DNA of 64,000 bases from an uncultured Planctomycetia bacterium (GTDB lineage Bacteria; Omnitrophota; Gorgyraeia; 1-14-0-20-64-10): the NCBI GenBank assembly GCA_964373805.1, contig CAYJWF010000004.1, forward strand, positions 1,891-65,890, read 5' to 3'. The position numbers and the translations under genes are program-made. A model generated the notes under the pieces. That model had not been told where the DNA came from. It ran no database searches and worked only from the letters and a program-made list of their open reading frames with translations. Below, in pieces: positions 9,296 through 18,036 of this stretch (positions are counted from its first letter, which is position 1; each line of letters begins with the position of its first letter).

Positions 9296-11769
9296 ATGTG
9301 ACGTTCCGCAGGAGTAGGCGCCGGATGGAAGACCAGTCGATCGTTCTCCACCTCGATCAAGAGCGCTGCCCCCTCCTTGTAGTGTCCCGCGATGATCTCT
9401 TGCGCTAGGGGATCCTCCAAGTGCCGGGCAATGGTCCGTTTCAAAGGTCGGGCCCCATAGATCGGATCAAATCCCTTATCGATCAAGAACTCTTTGGCCG
9501 CGGGCGACAACTCGATGGCGATGCCCTGTTCCCGAACCCGGGCCATGACCTCGGCCATCTCGATCTCTACAATCCGATGGAGATCCTGCCGGGTCAAGGA
9601 TCTAAAAACAATGGTCTCATCCACTCGGTTCAAGAACTCCGGCTTAAAGGTTTTCTTCATCTCCTCCAAGAGCTGACCCTTCATGTCTTGATACGTCACC
9701 TCCTCCTTGGGGGTCTTAAATCCCAAGGAGCCCTGCTTACGCAGCAGCTCCGCCCCCAGGTTGGAGGTCATGATCAAGACCGTGTTCTTGAAATCGACCT
9801 TCCGGCCAAAGCTGTCGGTGAGCCTGCCCTCCTCCAAGACCTGCAGGAGAAGATTGAAGACGTCCGGATGGGCCTTCTCCAATTCGTCCAGGAGGACCAC
9901 GGAGTAAGGGCGCCGACGGACCTTCTCGGTCAACTGCCCGCCCTCTTCGTATCCCACGTAGCCGGGTGGGGCTCCCACCAGTCTTGAGACGTTGAACTTC
10001 TCCATGTACTCCGACATGTCGACCTGGATCATCGCCTCCTCATTCCCAAAGAGAAACTCGGCCAGCGCCCGGGCCAACAAGGTTTTCCCCACGCCGGTGG
10101 GCCCTAAGAAGATGAAAGAGCCGATCGGCCGTCGAGGGTCTTTGAGGCCTGCGCGGGAACGGCGAATGGCGTTGGCGATCGCCTCGATCCCCTCCTGCTG
10201 GCCGACCACCCGCTTATGGATCTCCTCCTCCATCCGCAGGAGTTTCTGCGTTTCCTTCTCCTCCAAACGGGAGACGGGGATGCCGGTCCATTTGGAGACG
10301 ATCTGGGCGATGTCCTCCTCGGTGATCACCGGCTGCGCCTCGGCCTTGGAACGGGACCATTCCCGCTTCGCCCGCTCCATCTCGGCCCTGGCCTCCCGCT
10401 CCTGATCCCGCAGCGACGCCGCCTTCTCGAAGTCCTGTCCCTTGACCGATGCCTCCTTTTCCTTGCGCAAGGTTTCGATCCGTTCCTCAACCTCCTTCAA
10501 GTTGGGAGGGGCGGTCAACACCATCAGCCTCGCCCGGGATCCGGACTCGTCCATGAGATCAACCGCCTTATCGGGCAGGTACCGCCCCGAGATGTAGCGG
10601 TCGGACAGCTTGGCCGCCGCCTCGAGCGCGGCGTCCGAGTACTTCACCTTGTGGTGGGCCTCGTACTTGTCCCTTAACCCCTTCAAGATGGCGATCGTCT
10701 CCTCGACCGTTGGGGGATCCACCACGATCGTCTGGAATCTTCGTTCCAGGGCTGCGTCCTTCTCGATGTACTTGCGGTACTCATCCAACGTGGTCGCCCC
10801 GATGCATTGGATCTCCCCACGGGACAAGGCCGGCTTCAAGATGTTGGAGGCGTCGATCGCCCCTTCCGCCCCACCGGCCCCCACCAAGGTATGCAGCTCA
10901 TCGATGAAGATGATCACATTCTCCGAGCGCCGGATCTCATCCATCACCGCCTTGATCCGCTCCTCGAACTGCCCTCGGTACTTGGTACCGGCCACCATCA
11001 AGGCCAGGTCCAGGATGACCACCCTTTTATCCTTCAAGATCTCCGGAACATCGCTCCGAATGACCTTTTGGGCCAAGCCCTCCACAATGGCGGTCTTTCC
11101 CACGCCGGCCTCCCCCAACAGAACCGGGTTGTTCTTGGTTCGACGGGAGAGAATCTGGATCACCCGTTCGATCTCGTTCTTGCGGCCGATCACCGGATCC
11201 AGTTTGTTTTCTCGGGCCAACTGGGTAAGATCCCGGCCAAAGGCGTCCAGGGCTGGCGTCTTGGTCTTGGCCGGAGCCGGCCCCATCGCGCTGTAGCCGG
11301 GAGCGGTCGATCCCAACAGCTCCATGACCTCCTGCCGGACCTTCCCGAGATCGAGCCCTAAGTTCACCAATACCTGGGCGGCGATTCCCTCCCCTTCCCG
11401 GATGAGGCCCAAAAGGAGGTGTTCGGTTCCGATGTAGTTGTGCCCTAAGTTCCGGGCCTCGTCCATCGCCAGCTCAATCACCTTCTTCGCCTTCGGGGTG
11501 AAGGGAATGTCGCCGGAGACAATGGTGGAAGGCCCCAGCTGCACCAGCTTCTCCACCTCCAATCGGATCTGGTCGGAGCTTAACCCTAAATTTTGCAGGA
11601 CCGCAGCCGCGACCCCTTCCCCCTCTCGGATGAGGCCCAGCAGGATATGCTCCGTCCCAATGTAATCATGATTAAACCGTTTGGCCTCTTCCTTGGCCAA
11701 AAGGATCACCTTCCGCGCCCGCTCGGTAAACCGATTAAACATATTCATCCCGTTACACCTCCTTTCCAC
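9292..11769 (-). CDS. clpC: ATP-dependent Clp protease ATP-binding subunit ClpC
   Basis: Two N-terminal Clp repeats, two AAA+ modules ([16 protein letters not shown]), UVR-like linker; 825 aa. Confidence 0.9.
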   Translation of the reverse strand: MERRCNGMNMFNRFTERARKVILLAKEEAKRFNHDYIGTEHILLGLIREGEGVAAAVLQNLGLSSDQIRLEVEKLVQLGPSTIVSGDIPFTPKAKKVIELAMDEARNLGHNYIGTEHLLLGLIREGEGIAAQVLVNLGLDLGKVRQEVMELLGSTAPGYSAMGPAPAKTKTPALDAFGRDLTQLARENKLDPVIGRKNEIERVIQILSRRTKNNPVLLGEAGVGKTAIVEGLAQKVIRSDVPEILKDKRVVILDLALMVAGTKYRGQFEERIKAVMDEIRRSENVIIFIDELHTLVGAGGAEGAIDASNILKPALSRGEIQCIGATTLDEYRKYIEKDAALERRFQTIVVDPPTVEETIAILKGLRDKYEAHHKVKYSDAALEAAAKLSDRYISGRYLPDKAVDLMDESGSRARLMVLTAPPNLKEVEERIETLRKEKEASVKGQDFEKAASLRDQEREARAEMERAKREWSRSKAEAQPVITEEDIAQIVSKWTGIPVSRLEEKETQKLLRMEEEIHKRVVGQQEGIEAIANAIRRSRAGLKDPRRPIGSFIFLGPTGVGKTLLARALAEFLFGNEEAMIQVDMSEYMEKFNVSRLVGAPPGYVGYEEGGQLTEKVRRRPYSVVLLDELEKAHPDVFNLLLQVLEEGRLTDSFGRKVDFKNTVLIMTSNLGAELLRKQGSLGFKTPKEEVTYQDMKGQLLEEMKKTFKPEFLNRVDETIVFRSLTRQDLHRIVEIEMAEVMARVREQGIAIELSPAAKEFLIDKGFDPIYGARPLKRTIARHLEDPLAQEIIAGHYKEGAALLIEVENDRLVFHPAPTPAERHI

Positions 11770-11893
11770 CCATTTCTAAGAGCTCGATTCCTTCCTTAAT
11801 CGTCAGGACAGCAACCCCATTACTCCAACGTGTCATTCCACCTATAAGGATATCATACCAGAAAAATTGGTTTTAGGGATCGTGGGATGAGGC

Positions 11894-13057
11894 TTAGAGC
11901 GGCTTCGCCAAAGACTTCCAGCTCAGGACGCGGACGAACCCCCTTGTCTGCTCTTCATCTCCTGCGTGAATCAGGAAAGCCGATCTTGTTGTCCGTTTCG
12001 TGAGCCTCCCCCAATAGAAGAGATTCTTCAGAGAGTCAGGGGTGACGGTTTTCCCCGATTGGATCTCCACGGGGATCTCTCTGGATCCTTCTTGAAGGAT
12101 CAGGTCAACCTCATGGCCAGCCTTGTCTCTCCAGAAATACAGGTGAGGGGTTCGCCCTTGGTGCAGCCGGTGTTTGAGTATCTCGCAGACGACGAAGGTT
12201 TCAAAAAGGGCGCCGCGGAGCGGATGGCTTTTCAGGTGAGAAAGATTTTCAATGCCCAATAGGGAGCACGCCAGGCCGGTATCGGTCAGATACAGCTTTG
12301 GGCTCTTGACGATCTGCTTCTTGAAGTTTTGATGGAAGGGAGGAAGCAGGTAAGCCAGAAAGCTGGCCTCCAGGACGCCCAGCCACGCCCTGGCCGTGTT
12401 GTGCGTGATGCCACAGTCGTTGGCCAGATTGCTCAGGTTGAGGATACACCCCGTTCGGCCGGCGCAGAGCTGGAGGAACCGGTGAAAACTGGGGAGGTCG
12501 TGGACGTTCTTGATCTGCCGGACATCCCGCTCCAGATAGGTGCGGATGTAATCCGGGTACCAGTCGGCAGGCCGCAGCCGCTTGTCGTAGATTCTGGGAT
12601 ACAACCCCTGCAACAGGAGTTCTTCCGCAGAGGGCAGTCTCTTTAAAGTGGGAAGGAGCTCTGAGAGTGAGAATGGCATCAACGTCAGGATCCGCACGCG
12701 CCCGGCAAGGGTCTGAGACAGCTTCTCTAGAAGAAGGAAGTTTTGAGAGCCGGTCAGGATAAATAAGCCTTCCCCCTTATGCGTGTCCACGTGGGTCTGA
12801 AGATAAGAAAACAGCTCCGGGGCCCGCTGCGCCTCATCGAGGATGGCGCCTCCCCCGTATTCCTTGAGGAATCCGCGGGGATCCTGGGTAGCGTACGCCA
12901 ACGTATCCCGGTTTTCCAGAGAGACGTAGGCCTTTTGGGGGAACAGGTTTCGGGCCAGTGTGGTTTTCCCGGATTGCCTCGGTCCCAGGATGGCCACCAC
13001 CGGAAACTTTCTGGCCATCTCCACAATCTTCTTCTGCAAGGTCCTGACGACCATCAC
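11894..13057 (-). CDS. AAA+ ATPase of the COG1373/DUF4143 family
   Basis: Walker A GPRQSGKTTL, Walker B ILDEAQ, C-terminal DUF4143-like region. Confidence 0.7.
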   Translation of the reverse strand: MMVVRTLQKKIVEMARKFPVVAILGPRQSGKTTLARNLFPQKAYVSLENRDTLAYATQDPRGFLKEYGGGAILDEAQRAPELFSYLQTHVDTHKGEGLFILTGSQNFLLLEKLSQTLAGRVRILTLMPFSLSELLPTLKRLPSAEELLLQGLYPRIYDKRLRPADWYPDYIRTYLERDVRQIKNVHDLPSFHRFLQLCAGRTGCILNLSNLANDCGITHNTARAWLGVLEASFLAYLLPPFHQNFKKQIVKSPKLYLTDTGLACSLLGIENLSHLKSHPLRGALFETFVVCEILKHRLHQGRTPHLYFWRDKAGHEVDLILQEGSREIPVEIQSGKTVTPDSLKNLFYWGRLTKRTTRSAFLIHAGDEEQTRGFVRVLSWKSLAKPL

Positions 13058-13165
13058 AGGGCCAGGCTACCAGGATATGGATAAATTGTCAATACGATTT
13101 ACAATATATCCATTTTTGTCCGGCGCACCCGTCTCCAGACTTACGCCTGGGACCCTAGACCTTTG

Positions 13166-13216
13166 CGACCCCCCCCCTGATTCGTTTTGCTTCGCAAACC
13201 GAATCAAAACGGTGGG
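13166..13216. repeat. R2 hairpin repeat copy A (C-run / G-run clamped)
   Basis: CCCCCCCCCTGATTCGTTTTGCTTCGCAAACCGAATCAAAACGGTGGGGG; 41-nt core identical to copy B. Confidence 0.8.
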
Positions 13217-13271
13217 GGTGTGCCTTTTCGGGAAGGGTTACAGTCTTAAGTTTACCTGAGGGGCATGCGAG

Positions 13272-13320
13272 AAATGGCGAAAATCTTTTGGCTAACTGTT
13301 CATCACGCCCTAACCGAGGC
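13272..13320. repeat. direct repeat X1 (pairs with X2 at 13972-14020)
   Basis: AAAATCTTTTGGCTAACTGTTCATCACGCCCTAACCGAGG versus AAAATCCATGGCTAACTCTTCATTACGCCCTAACCGAAAAGG. Confidence 0.6.
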
Positions 13321-13384
13321 GGGGCGTTACCAGGGTTGGATAACTCCTGGAGTAGCCAGGAAGTTGGTTAGCCGGATAGTTTCG

Positions 13385-13621
13385 CTAGGCAAGAGCAACT
13401 TCGAGGGGTCTGCGCTTGAGGGCGCTGACCCGGAGGATGGAGAATCCGAGAATGTTGCCTTTCTTATCCACTTTCTCCATCACCTGGTCACTGGCTGTCT
13501 CTCGGAAGTACCCCTTTCGTCTTTCAAAGATGACTTCCAGGTAATCCCCCTCTGGATCGTACCAAAGCTTCACAATCTTGCGTGCCATATCACGGTCCCT
13601 CTTCGAACCTTGTCGGTCCAA
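13385..13621 (-). CDS. DUF2283-family small protein (putative antitoxin)
   Basis: KLWYDPEGDYLEVIF... pattern typical of DUF2283; pairs with the adjacent DUF4258-like gene; true start probably at the internal Met (~13588). Confidence 0.5.
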   Translation of the reverse strand: MDRQGSKRDRDMARKIVKLWYDPEGDYLEVIFERRKGYFRETASDQVMEKVDKKGNILGFSILRVSALKRRPLEVALA

Positions 13622-13884
13622 TAGGCGGTCAATACAAAGGCATCGTCACCTTGAACCTTGACCACCACGCACAGAAACTTGTCCCCTACTTGGGTCCCCA
13701 TGTAGAAACGGTGGTACAACCGCGCGCCGGGATCAGCCAAGGAACGGATGACAATCTGAGGAGCTGCCAATGTCTCGGCGATGGCATCTTCCATTCCCAC
13801 CATTTCTGGGTGTTCTCGTATATGTGCCCACCGTTCCTCCGTAAGACGGATGAGCCGGCCTTCAAAGTCACGCAGGCGCTTCAT
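13570..13884 (-). CDS. DUF4258-like protein (putative toxin of a DUF4258/DUF2283 pair)
   Basis: 104 aa; ...FLCVVVKVQGDDAFVLTAYWTDK... RelE-fold-like pattern; overlaps the partner gene. Confidence 0.45.
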   Translation of the reverse strand: MKRLRDFEGRLIRLTEERWAHIREHPEMVGMEDAIAETLAAPQIVIRSLADPGARLYHRFYMGTQVGDKFLCVVVKVQGDDAFVLTAYWTDKVRRGTVIWHARL

Positions 13885-13971
13885 TGCCTCGGGATGCCGA
13901 CGTTCGGTAAAAGAACCTCCAAGTCATCCATGGCCATGATACCTCTAAGTATAGCCGATGGACACCAGAGA

Positions 13972-14020
13972 GATGCCAAAAATCCATGGCTAACTCTTCA
14001 TTACGCCCTAACCGAAAAGG
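13972..14020. repeat. direct repeat X2
   Basis: See X1; the pair brackets the DUF2283/DUF4258 module just inside R2 copies A and B. Confidence 0.6.
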
Positions 14021-14137
14021 AGGGAATTCGAATCTGTTTAGCTCTTTGCGACAGCGACGAGCGCGCCCGACGGCAATCCATCCGTCATTTCGACGACCGG
14101 AGGGAGGAGAAATCCCGCTTTTGAGATTTCTCGTCGT

Positions 14138-14188
14138 CCCCACTGATTCGTTTTGCTTCGCAAACCGAATCAAAACGGTGGGGACTCC
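14138..14188. repeat. R2 hairpin repeat copy B (direct repeat of A)
   Basis: CCCCACTGATTCGTTTTGCTTCGCAAACCGAATCAAAACGGTGGGGAC. Confidence 0.8.
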
Positions 14189-14264
14189 TCGAAATGACAA
14201 TTTTCTCTCAAACCGCTAAACATCTATTCATCTATTTAGAGGGTATCCCCGGGCCCCTGCGGAC

Positions 14265-15257
14265 TTACGCCTGGGACCCTATGCCGAGGGACTGCTCCAA
14301 GCCTGCCGCAAGGATCGAGACCAAGTCCGGCGAAACTCCGAAACCCTTCAAGATCGCATCCATCGAGAACAGCTCCTGCGCGAAGTAAAGACGTAGAACA
14401 TCCGCCGCGACCCGAACCGGATAAACATGTTCCAGCGGACCCAAATAAGTAACTCGGGAAAGACCATGGATTTTCTGGAAGGCGGTTGTTACCGCATCCG
14501 GGGATCGCTCCGGAACGTAATGAATCCGCCGATTCTCACCGACAAGTCCTTCGGCCAACTCCGATTCCCCCAGCAGAACCAGCCGCCCGGCAAACCGATC
14601 CAGCCTCCGGAGAACCTGGACCAAATCAGCATCTAACGTAGCGGCATCCAGAACAACCGCCTGAATCCCCTCGACGCTTGCCTCCGCCATCGCAACCGCC
14701 ATCGCAATCCCCCGATCCCCTTCCTCTACGTTTCTGGCTGCGTTAGCGGCCAGTCCAGGAAAGTGCCGCGCATCAGCGCGGCCTTCCTCCAGCCCAGAGG
14801 GATTACTTTCTCCCGTGGTACCTGGTTTCGCCTCCCGCTCTGACCCTGAGAAATTTCTTAACAATCGAGGAAGGAATCCCATCACCTTACCAGGAATAGC
14901 CCCCTCCCCACCCCGCCAGCGGGAGATCGTCTCCCGACTCACCGGCTTCCCGCCGTTGTACCCTGCACCTGCCAGCGCCTGAGCCATCCCTTCCTGCGTC
15001 AACCCCAGCCAATCCATCACCTGGCCAAACTCTGTATCACCAGCGACTTCCGAATCCGCTGCATCCTCCTCCAGCCCGGCGAAGGCAGCGGAGGAGCCTC
15101 TGGACCCCCCTGGAAAAGCCGCCTCCAGCTCAGAGCTGGCGGCACTTTCCAGGCCAGCCTGGGCACGCAGCGCAAGGGCAACGGAAGGCCGAACAAGCGT
15201 TAGAGCCAAGAAAAGCCCCAACGAGCTTCGCCAACGGTCCATTCGTTCTCTTCTCAT
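14265..15257 (-). CDS. secreted hypothetical protein of the GLEE-motif family, with embedded repeat and an HTH-like segment
   Basis: Signal-peptide-like N-terminus; several (A/S)GLE(E/Q) motifs; C-terminal ...ILAAGLEQSLGIGSQA; segment GLTQEGMAQALAGAGYNGGKPVSRETISRW resembles an HTH; carries repeat R1. Confidence 0.45.
   Translation of the reverse strand: MRRERMDRWRSSLGLFLALTLVRPSVALALRAQAGLESAASSELEAAFPGGSRGSSAAFAGLEEDAADSEVAGDTEFGQVMDWLGLTQEGMAQALAGAGYNGGKPVSRETISRWRGGEGAIPGKVMGFLPRLLRNFSGSEREAKPGTTGESNPSGLEEGRADARHFPGLAANAARNVEEGDRGIAMAVAMAEASVEGIQAVVLDAATLDADLVQVLRRLDRFAGRLVLLGESELAEGLVGENRRIHYVPERSPDAVTTAFQKIHGLSRVTYLGPLEHVYPVRVAADVLRLYFAQELFSMDAILKGFGVSPDLVSILAAGLEQSLGIGSQA
14712..14800. 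repeat. R1 repeat element, longest copy, in GLEE-family gene
   Basis: CTCTACGTTTCTGGCTGCGTTAGCGGCCAGTCCAGGAAAGTGCCGCGCATCAGCGCGGCCTTCCTCCAG; includes hairpin CCGCGC-ATCA-GCGCGG. Confidence 0.8.
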
Positions 15258-15409
15258 AGGCAGACCATCGAATACGTTTGAGTTTACCTGAAGAATTGGG
15301 AAAGCGCAAGATTCCTGACTGTCTATCGTTACGACTTACTCCTGGTGGGCTTGGCGCTGCGAAAGCTGTTGACACCCATTTCGTCACTTAGGACAATAAA
15401 TGACGACAC

Positions 15410-16117
15410 ATGCCTTTCATCTTGTTGGTCATTTTTGGTCTGGCCGGTTGCGCCACAAAGGCTGGTCCAGCCCCCACTGCGGGATTCGTGGCGGCGGCTC
15501 GGCTTACCCAACCGACGGGCCTTCCCTTTCACAAGGCCTGGCAGAAACCGGAATTCGACTGGGGTCAGTACGGAACCATTTCGGTCAGCCCCGTCAACAT
15601 CGATTACCTTCCCCAGATGGACTGGTGGAAAAAGTTGGAACGGGGTCAAGGCTTTCAAGCCGATGCCAAGAAGCTGGCCGAATACACGCGTCAGACCTTT
15701 GAAGAGGCGTTCCGCGAAGATCCGAACCAACGCTTTCAGGTAGTCGATGCGCCTCAAACCGATACCCTGATTCTGGAGATCGCCCTGGTGGAGATCGTCC
15801 CCAGCAAGATCATGTTAAACACCTTAGGCTACGCCCCCTTTGTCGGCAGCGCCTTTAAGCTGATCCGAAACACCAAGTCCAAAAGCTCCGTGGCCTTCGA
15901 GGCCCGGTTCCGAGACGCCCAAACCGGCGAGGTCGTGGCCCAATTCGCCGACCGGGAGTTCGAGAAGATGTCGCCGGTGAATGTCAAGGATGTCACCTGG
16001 TACGGCCATGCCGAGAGCATCCTCTGCGAATGGGCCGACCAGTTCGTCCGGATGGTGAACCGAAAAGAAGGGGAACAGATCCCCGACTCCAAACCGTTCC
16101 ACCTGAAGCCCTGGTAA
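15410..16117 (+). CDS. lipoprotein, DUF3313-like
   Basis: Lipobox LAGCAT after a short signal peptide; 235 aa; one of very few plus-strand genes in the first 35 kb. Confidence 0.5.
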   Translation: MPFILLVIFGLAGCATKAGPAPTAGFVAAARLTQPTGLPFHKAWQKPEFDWGQYGTISVSPVNIDYLPQMDWWKKLERGQGFQADAKKLAEYTRQTFEEAFREDPNQRFQVVDAPQTDTLILEIALVEIVPSKIMLNTLGYAPFVGSAFKLIRNTKSKSSVAFEARFRDAQTGEVVAQFADREFEKMSPVNVKDVTWYGHAESILCEWADQFVRMVNRKEGEQIPDSKPFHLKPW

Positions 16118-16132
16118 GCAGGTTGTTTGCCC

Positions 16133-16185
16133 AGCCCCCCCCCCCCAAGCTTCGCTTTGCGAAGCAAAACGCGGGGGGCCAGCCG
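16133..16185. repeat. R2 hairpin repeat copy C, between convergent genes (possible bidirectional terminator)
   Basis: CCCCCCCCCCCCCAAGCTTCGCTTTGCGAAGCAAAACGCGGGGGG between the lipoprotein gene (+) and mcsB (-). Confidence 0.6.
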
Positions 16186-16186
16186 A

Positions 16187-17230
16187 TTAGAGGGTTTCTC
16201 GCAGGAGTTTGGCGCGGCGGGCGTCCCGTTCGGAAGGGTTTAAGCCGCGGCCCTCCAGCTTCTGAAGATGGGCCGGCTGGGTCTGGATGAAGAGGCGGTT
16301 CACCAGTCCCCGCTCGAGATTGTTCATTAAACCCAGATCGATACCGAGACGCACCAAAGACAAAAGCTCGACCGTCTCGTTGGAGGTGATAAGGTGGGCG
16401 GATTTCAGCGTCCCCAACGCCCGCCAGATCCGATCCTCGAGAGCCTGACGGCTTTGGGTCAGGAGCGCCCGACGGGCCGCCTCCTCCTGCTCGATCACCT
16501 GTTTGATCAACCTTCCCAAGTTGTCCAGGATCTCCTCCTCGGAGACGCCGAGGCTCACCTGGTTGGACAACTGGAAGAGGTTGCCGGAGGCCTCGGTCCC
16601 TTCCCCGTAAAGGCCGCGCGCCGTCAATCCCAATTTGGAAATCGCATGGAGAACCCGGTTGATCTGCTTGGTCATCACGAGACAGGGTATGTGCAGCATA
16701 CAGGAAGCTCGCATCCCGGTTCCTACGTTGGTGGGGCAGGCCGTCAGATACCCCCACTGGGGAGAAAAGGCGTAGGCGAGATGCCCCTCCAACTGGGCAT
16801 CGATCTGACTCAACACCACCCAGGCCTCGGGGAGATTGAACCCCGACTGCAACACTTGAAGCCGCAGGTGATCCTCTTCATTGATCATGAGGGCCAAGAT
16901 CTCCCGGTCGCTCACCACGACCGCCTTTTCTCCGGAGGGGGACGCATGCTCGGGACTGATCAGGTGCCGCTCCGTGAGGAAGAGACGGTCCAGCTCCGTC
17001 AGTTCCGATAGGGCCAAGAGGAGCGACCCTTTCAAGTAGGCGCAAGTTCCCACCGCCTCCTCGATCCGGGCCAAGATTTCGACCCGCCGTTTCTTGCCGG
17101 CCCAGTGAGGAAATGGGGTGTCGCTCAAATTCCTCGCCAGCCGGATCCGGGAGGACATCACGATCTCTCCCTTGGGGCCGGTTCCCCGGAGCCATTCCCC
17201 GGTTTGGTGGACCAGATCGTCAAGGGTCAT
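16187..17230 (-). CDS. mcsB: protein arginine kinase McsB
   Basis: ATP:guanido phosphotransferase catalytic-domain signature (CPTNVGTGMRAS), 347 aa. Confidence 0.85.
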   Translation of the reverse strand: MTLDDLVHQTGEWLRGTGPKGEIVMSSRIRLARNLSDTPFPHWAGKKRRVEILARIEEAVGTCAYLKGSLLLALSELTELDRLFLTERHLISPEHASPSGEKAVVVSDREILALMINEEDHLRLQVLQSGFNLPEAWVVLSQIDAQLEGHLAYAFSPQWGYLTACPTNVGTGMRASCMLHIPCLVMTKQINRVLHAISKLGLTARGLYGEGTEASGNLFQLSNQVSLGVSEEEILDNLGRLIKQVIEQEEAARRALLTQSRQALEDRIWRALGTLKSAHLITSNETVELLSLVRLGIDLGLMNNLERGLVNRLFIQTQPAHLQKLEGRGLNPSERDARRAKLLRETL

Positions 17231-17261
17231 GGAATTACTGCAAACGTATTTAATCGAGAGA

Positions 17262-17345
17262 CGTATCCGCTCGCCCTGAGCCTGTCGAAGGGCGAACCTG
17301 TCTTCGTGCTTCGACTCTGCTCAGCACGAACGGTTGTCACGGCGA
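17262..17345. repeat. R3 nested-hairpin repeat (conserved loop TGAGCCTGTCGAA / TTCGACWNNGCTCA), mcsA-mcsB intercistronic copy
   Basis: TCGCCC-TGAGCCTGTCGAA-GGGCGA followed by TTCGTGC-TTCGACTCTGCTCA-GCACGAA. Confidence 0.7.
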
Positions 17346-17359
17346 ATCTCCAAATCGCC

Positions 17360-17974
17360 TCATCTTTTAGGTCCCTTGCCTTTCACCCTAGATTCTTCAC
17401 CCTTCACTGCCTTTGCCTTTTCCTCCACGGCTCGAACCCGATCCCGAAGACGGGCCGCCTCCTCAAAGGCCTCCGCGGCGACCGCCTTCTTGAGGTTCTC
17501 CTTAAGCCGCGCCAGATCTGTCTCTTCCCCTATGCTTTTAGCGGCATCAGCAGCCCGTCCAGAAAAGTGCCGCGCATCAGCGCGGCCTTCACTTTTCTTG
17601 GCCGCCTTCGGCTGCGAAACGGAAGGACCCTTTCCCACATGTTGGGTGGAACCGTGGATCCGCTTTAACAGGGGAACCAGGTACGGCTCAAACGTCTCGT
17701 AACAGTTCCCGCAGCCAAGCCGACCAACCTTGCGAAACCCTTCGTAAGTCATTCCACACCTGGGGCAGGAAAGCTTGGTTCGCTCGGTCGACTCTCCTTT
17801 AAGCCCGAAGTCGGCGAGGCCGGCCAAAAGGCCTGCTAACCCGAACTCCTGCCCTGCCGCAGTTCCTTTCTCGTGCGCGCAGCTCTCGCAGAGATGGAGC
17901 TCGCGGGTCTGGTCGTCAATGATCTCGGTCAGATGAACCGTCGCCTCGTTTTGTCCACACAGGTCACAGGTCAC
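17360..17974 (-). CDS. mcsA: McsA, activator of protein arginine kinase (zinc-finger / UVR domain)
   Basis: CxxC pairs (CDLCG...CESC; CPRCG...CGNC) and a C-terminal UVR motif (AVAAEAFEEAARLRDRV); carries a partial R1 repeat. Confidence 0.75.
   Translation of the reverse strand: MTCDLCGQNEATVHLTEIIDDQTRELHLCESCAHEKGTAAGQEFGLAGLLAGLADFGLKGESTERTKLSCPRCGMTYEGFRKVGRLGCGNCYETFEPYLVPLLKRIHGSTQHVGKGPSVSQPKAAKKSEGRADARHFSGRAADAAKSIGEETDLARLKENLKKAVAAEAFEEAARLRDRVRAVEEKAKAVKGEESRVKGKGPKR
17533..17600. repeat. R1 repeat element, partial copy (3' half), in mcsA
   Basis: ...CCAGAAAAGTGCCGCGCATCAGCGCGGCCTTCAC; the 33-nt core is identical to the 14712 copy. Confidence 0.75.
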
Positions 17975-17984
17975 AAGCTTTCCT

Positions 17985-18012
17985 CAAAAAGGTACCAGGT
18001 ACCATTTTAAAA
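17985..18012 (-). terminator. putative rho-independent terminator of ilvE (GGTAC-CTG-GTACC hairpin plus U-run)
   Basis: Minus-strand RNA reads ...AAAAUGGUACCUGGUACCUUUUUGAG directly after the ilvE stop. Confidence 0.5.
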
Positions 18013-18017
18013 CCCCA

Positions 18018-18036
18018 ACGGGGTCAGACCCCATCA
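18018..18036. repeat. P1 palindrome, intergenic (ilvE-mcsA)
   Basis: CAACGGGGTCAGACCCCATC. Confidence 0.8.

Noticed and set aside
9421-11799. Plus-strand ORFs inside clpC (9421..9987, 9992..10405, 10216..10677, 10610..11296, 10807..11361)
   Set aside because: Antisense to the very strongly supported clpC.
15329-16757. ORFs 15329..15757(-), 15345..15743(+), 15824..16167(-), 15993..16757(-)
   Set aside because: Overlap the DUF3313 lipoprotein gene or mcsB in other frames; no signal or domain features.
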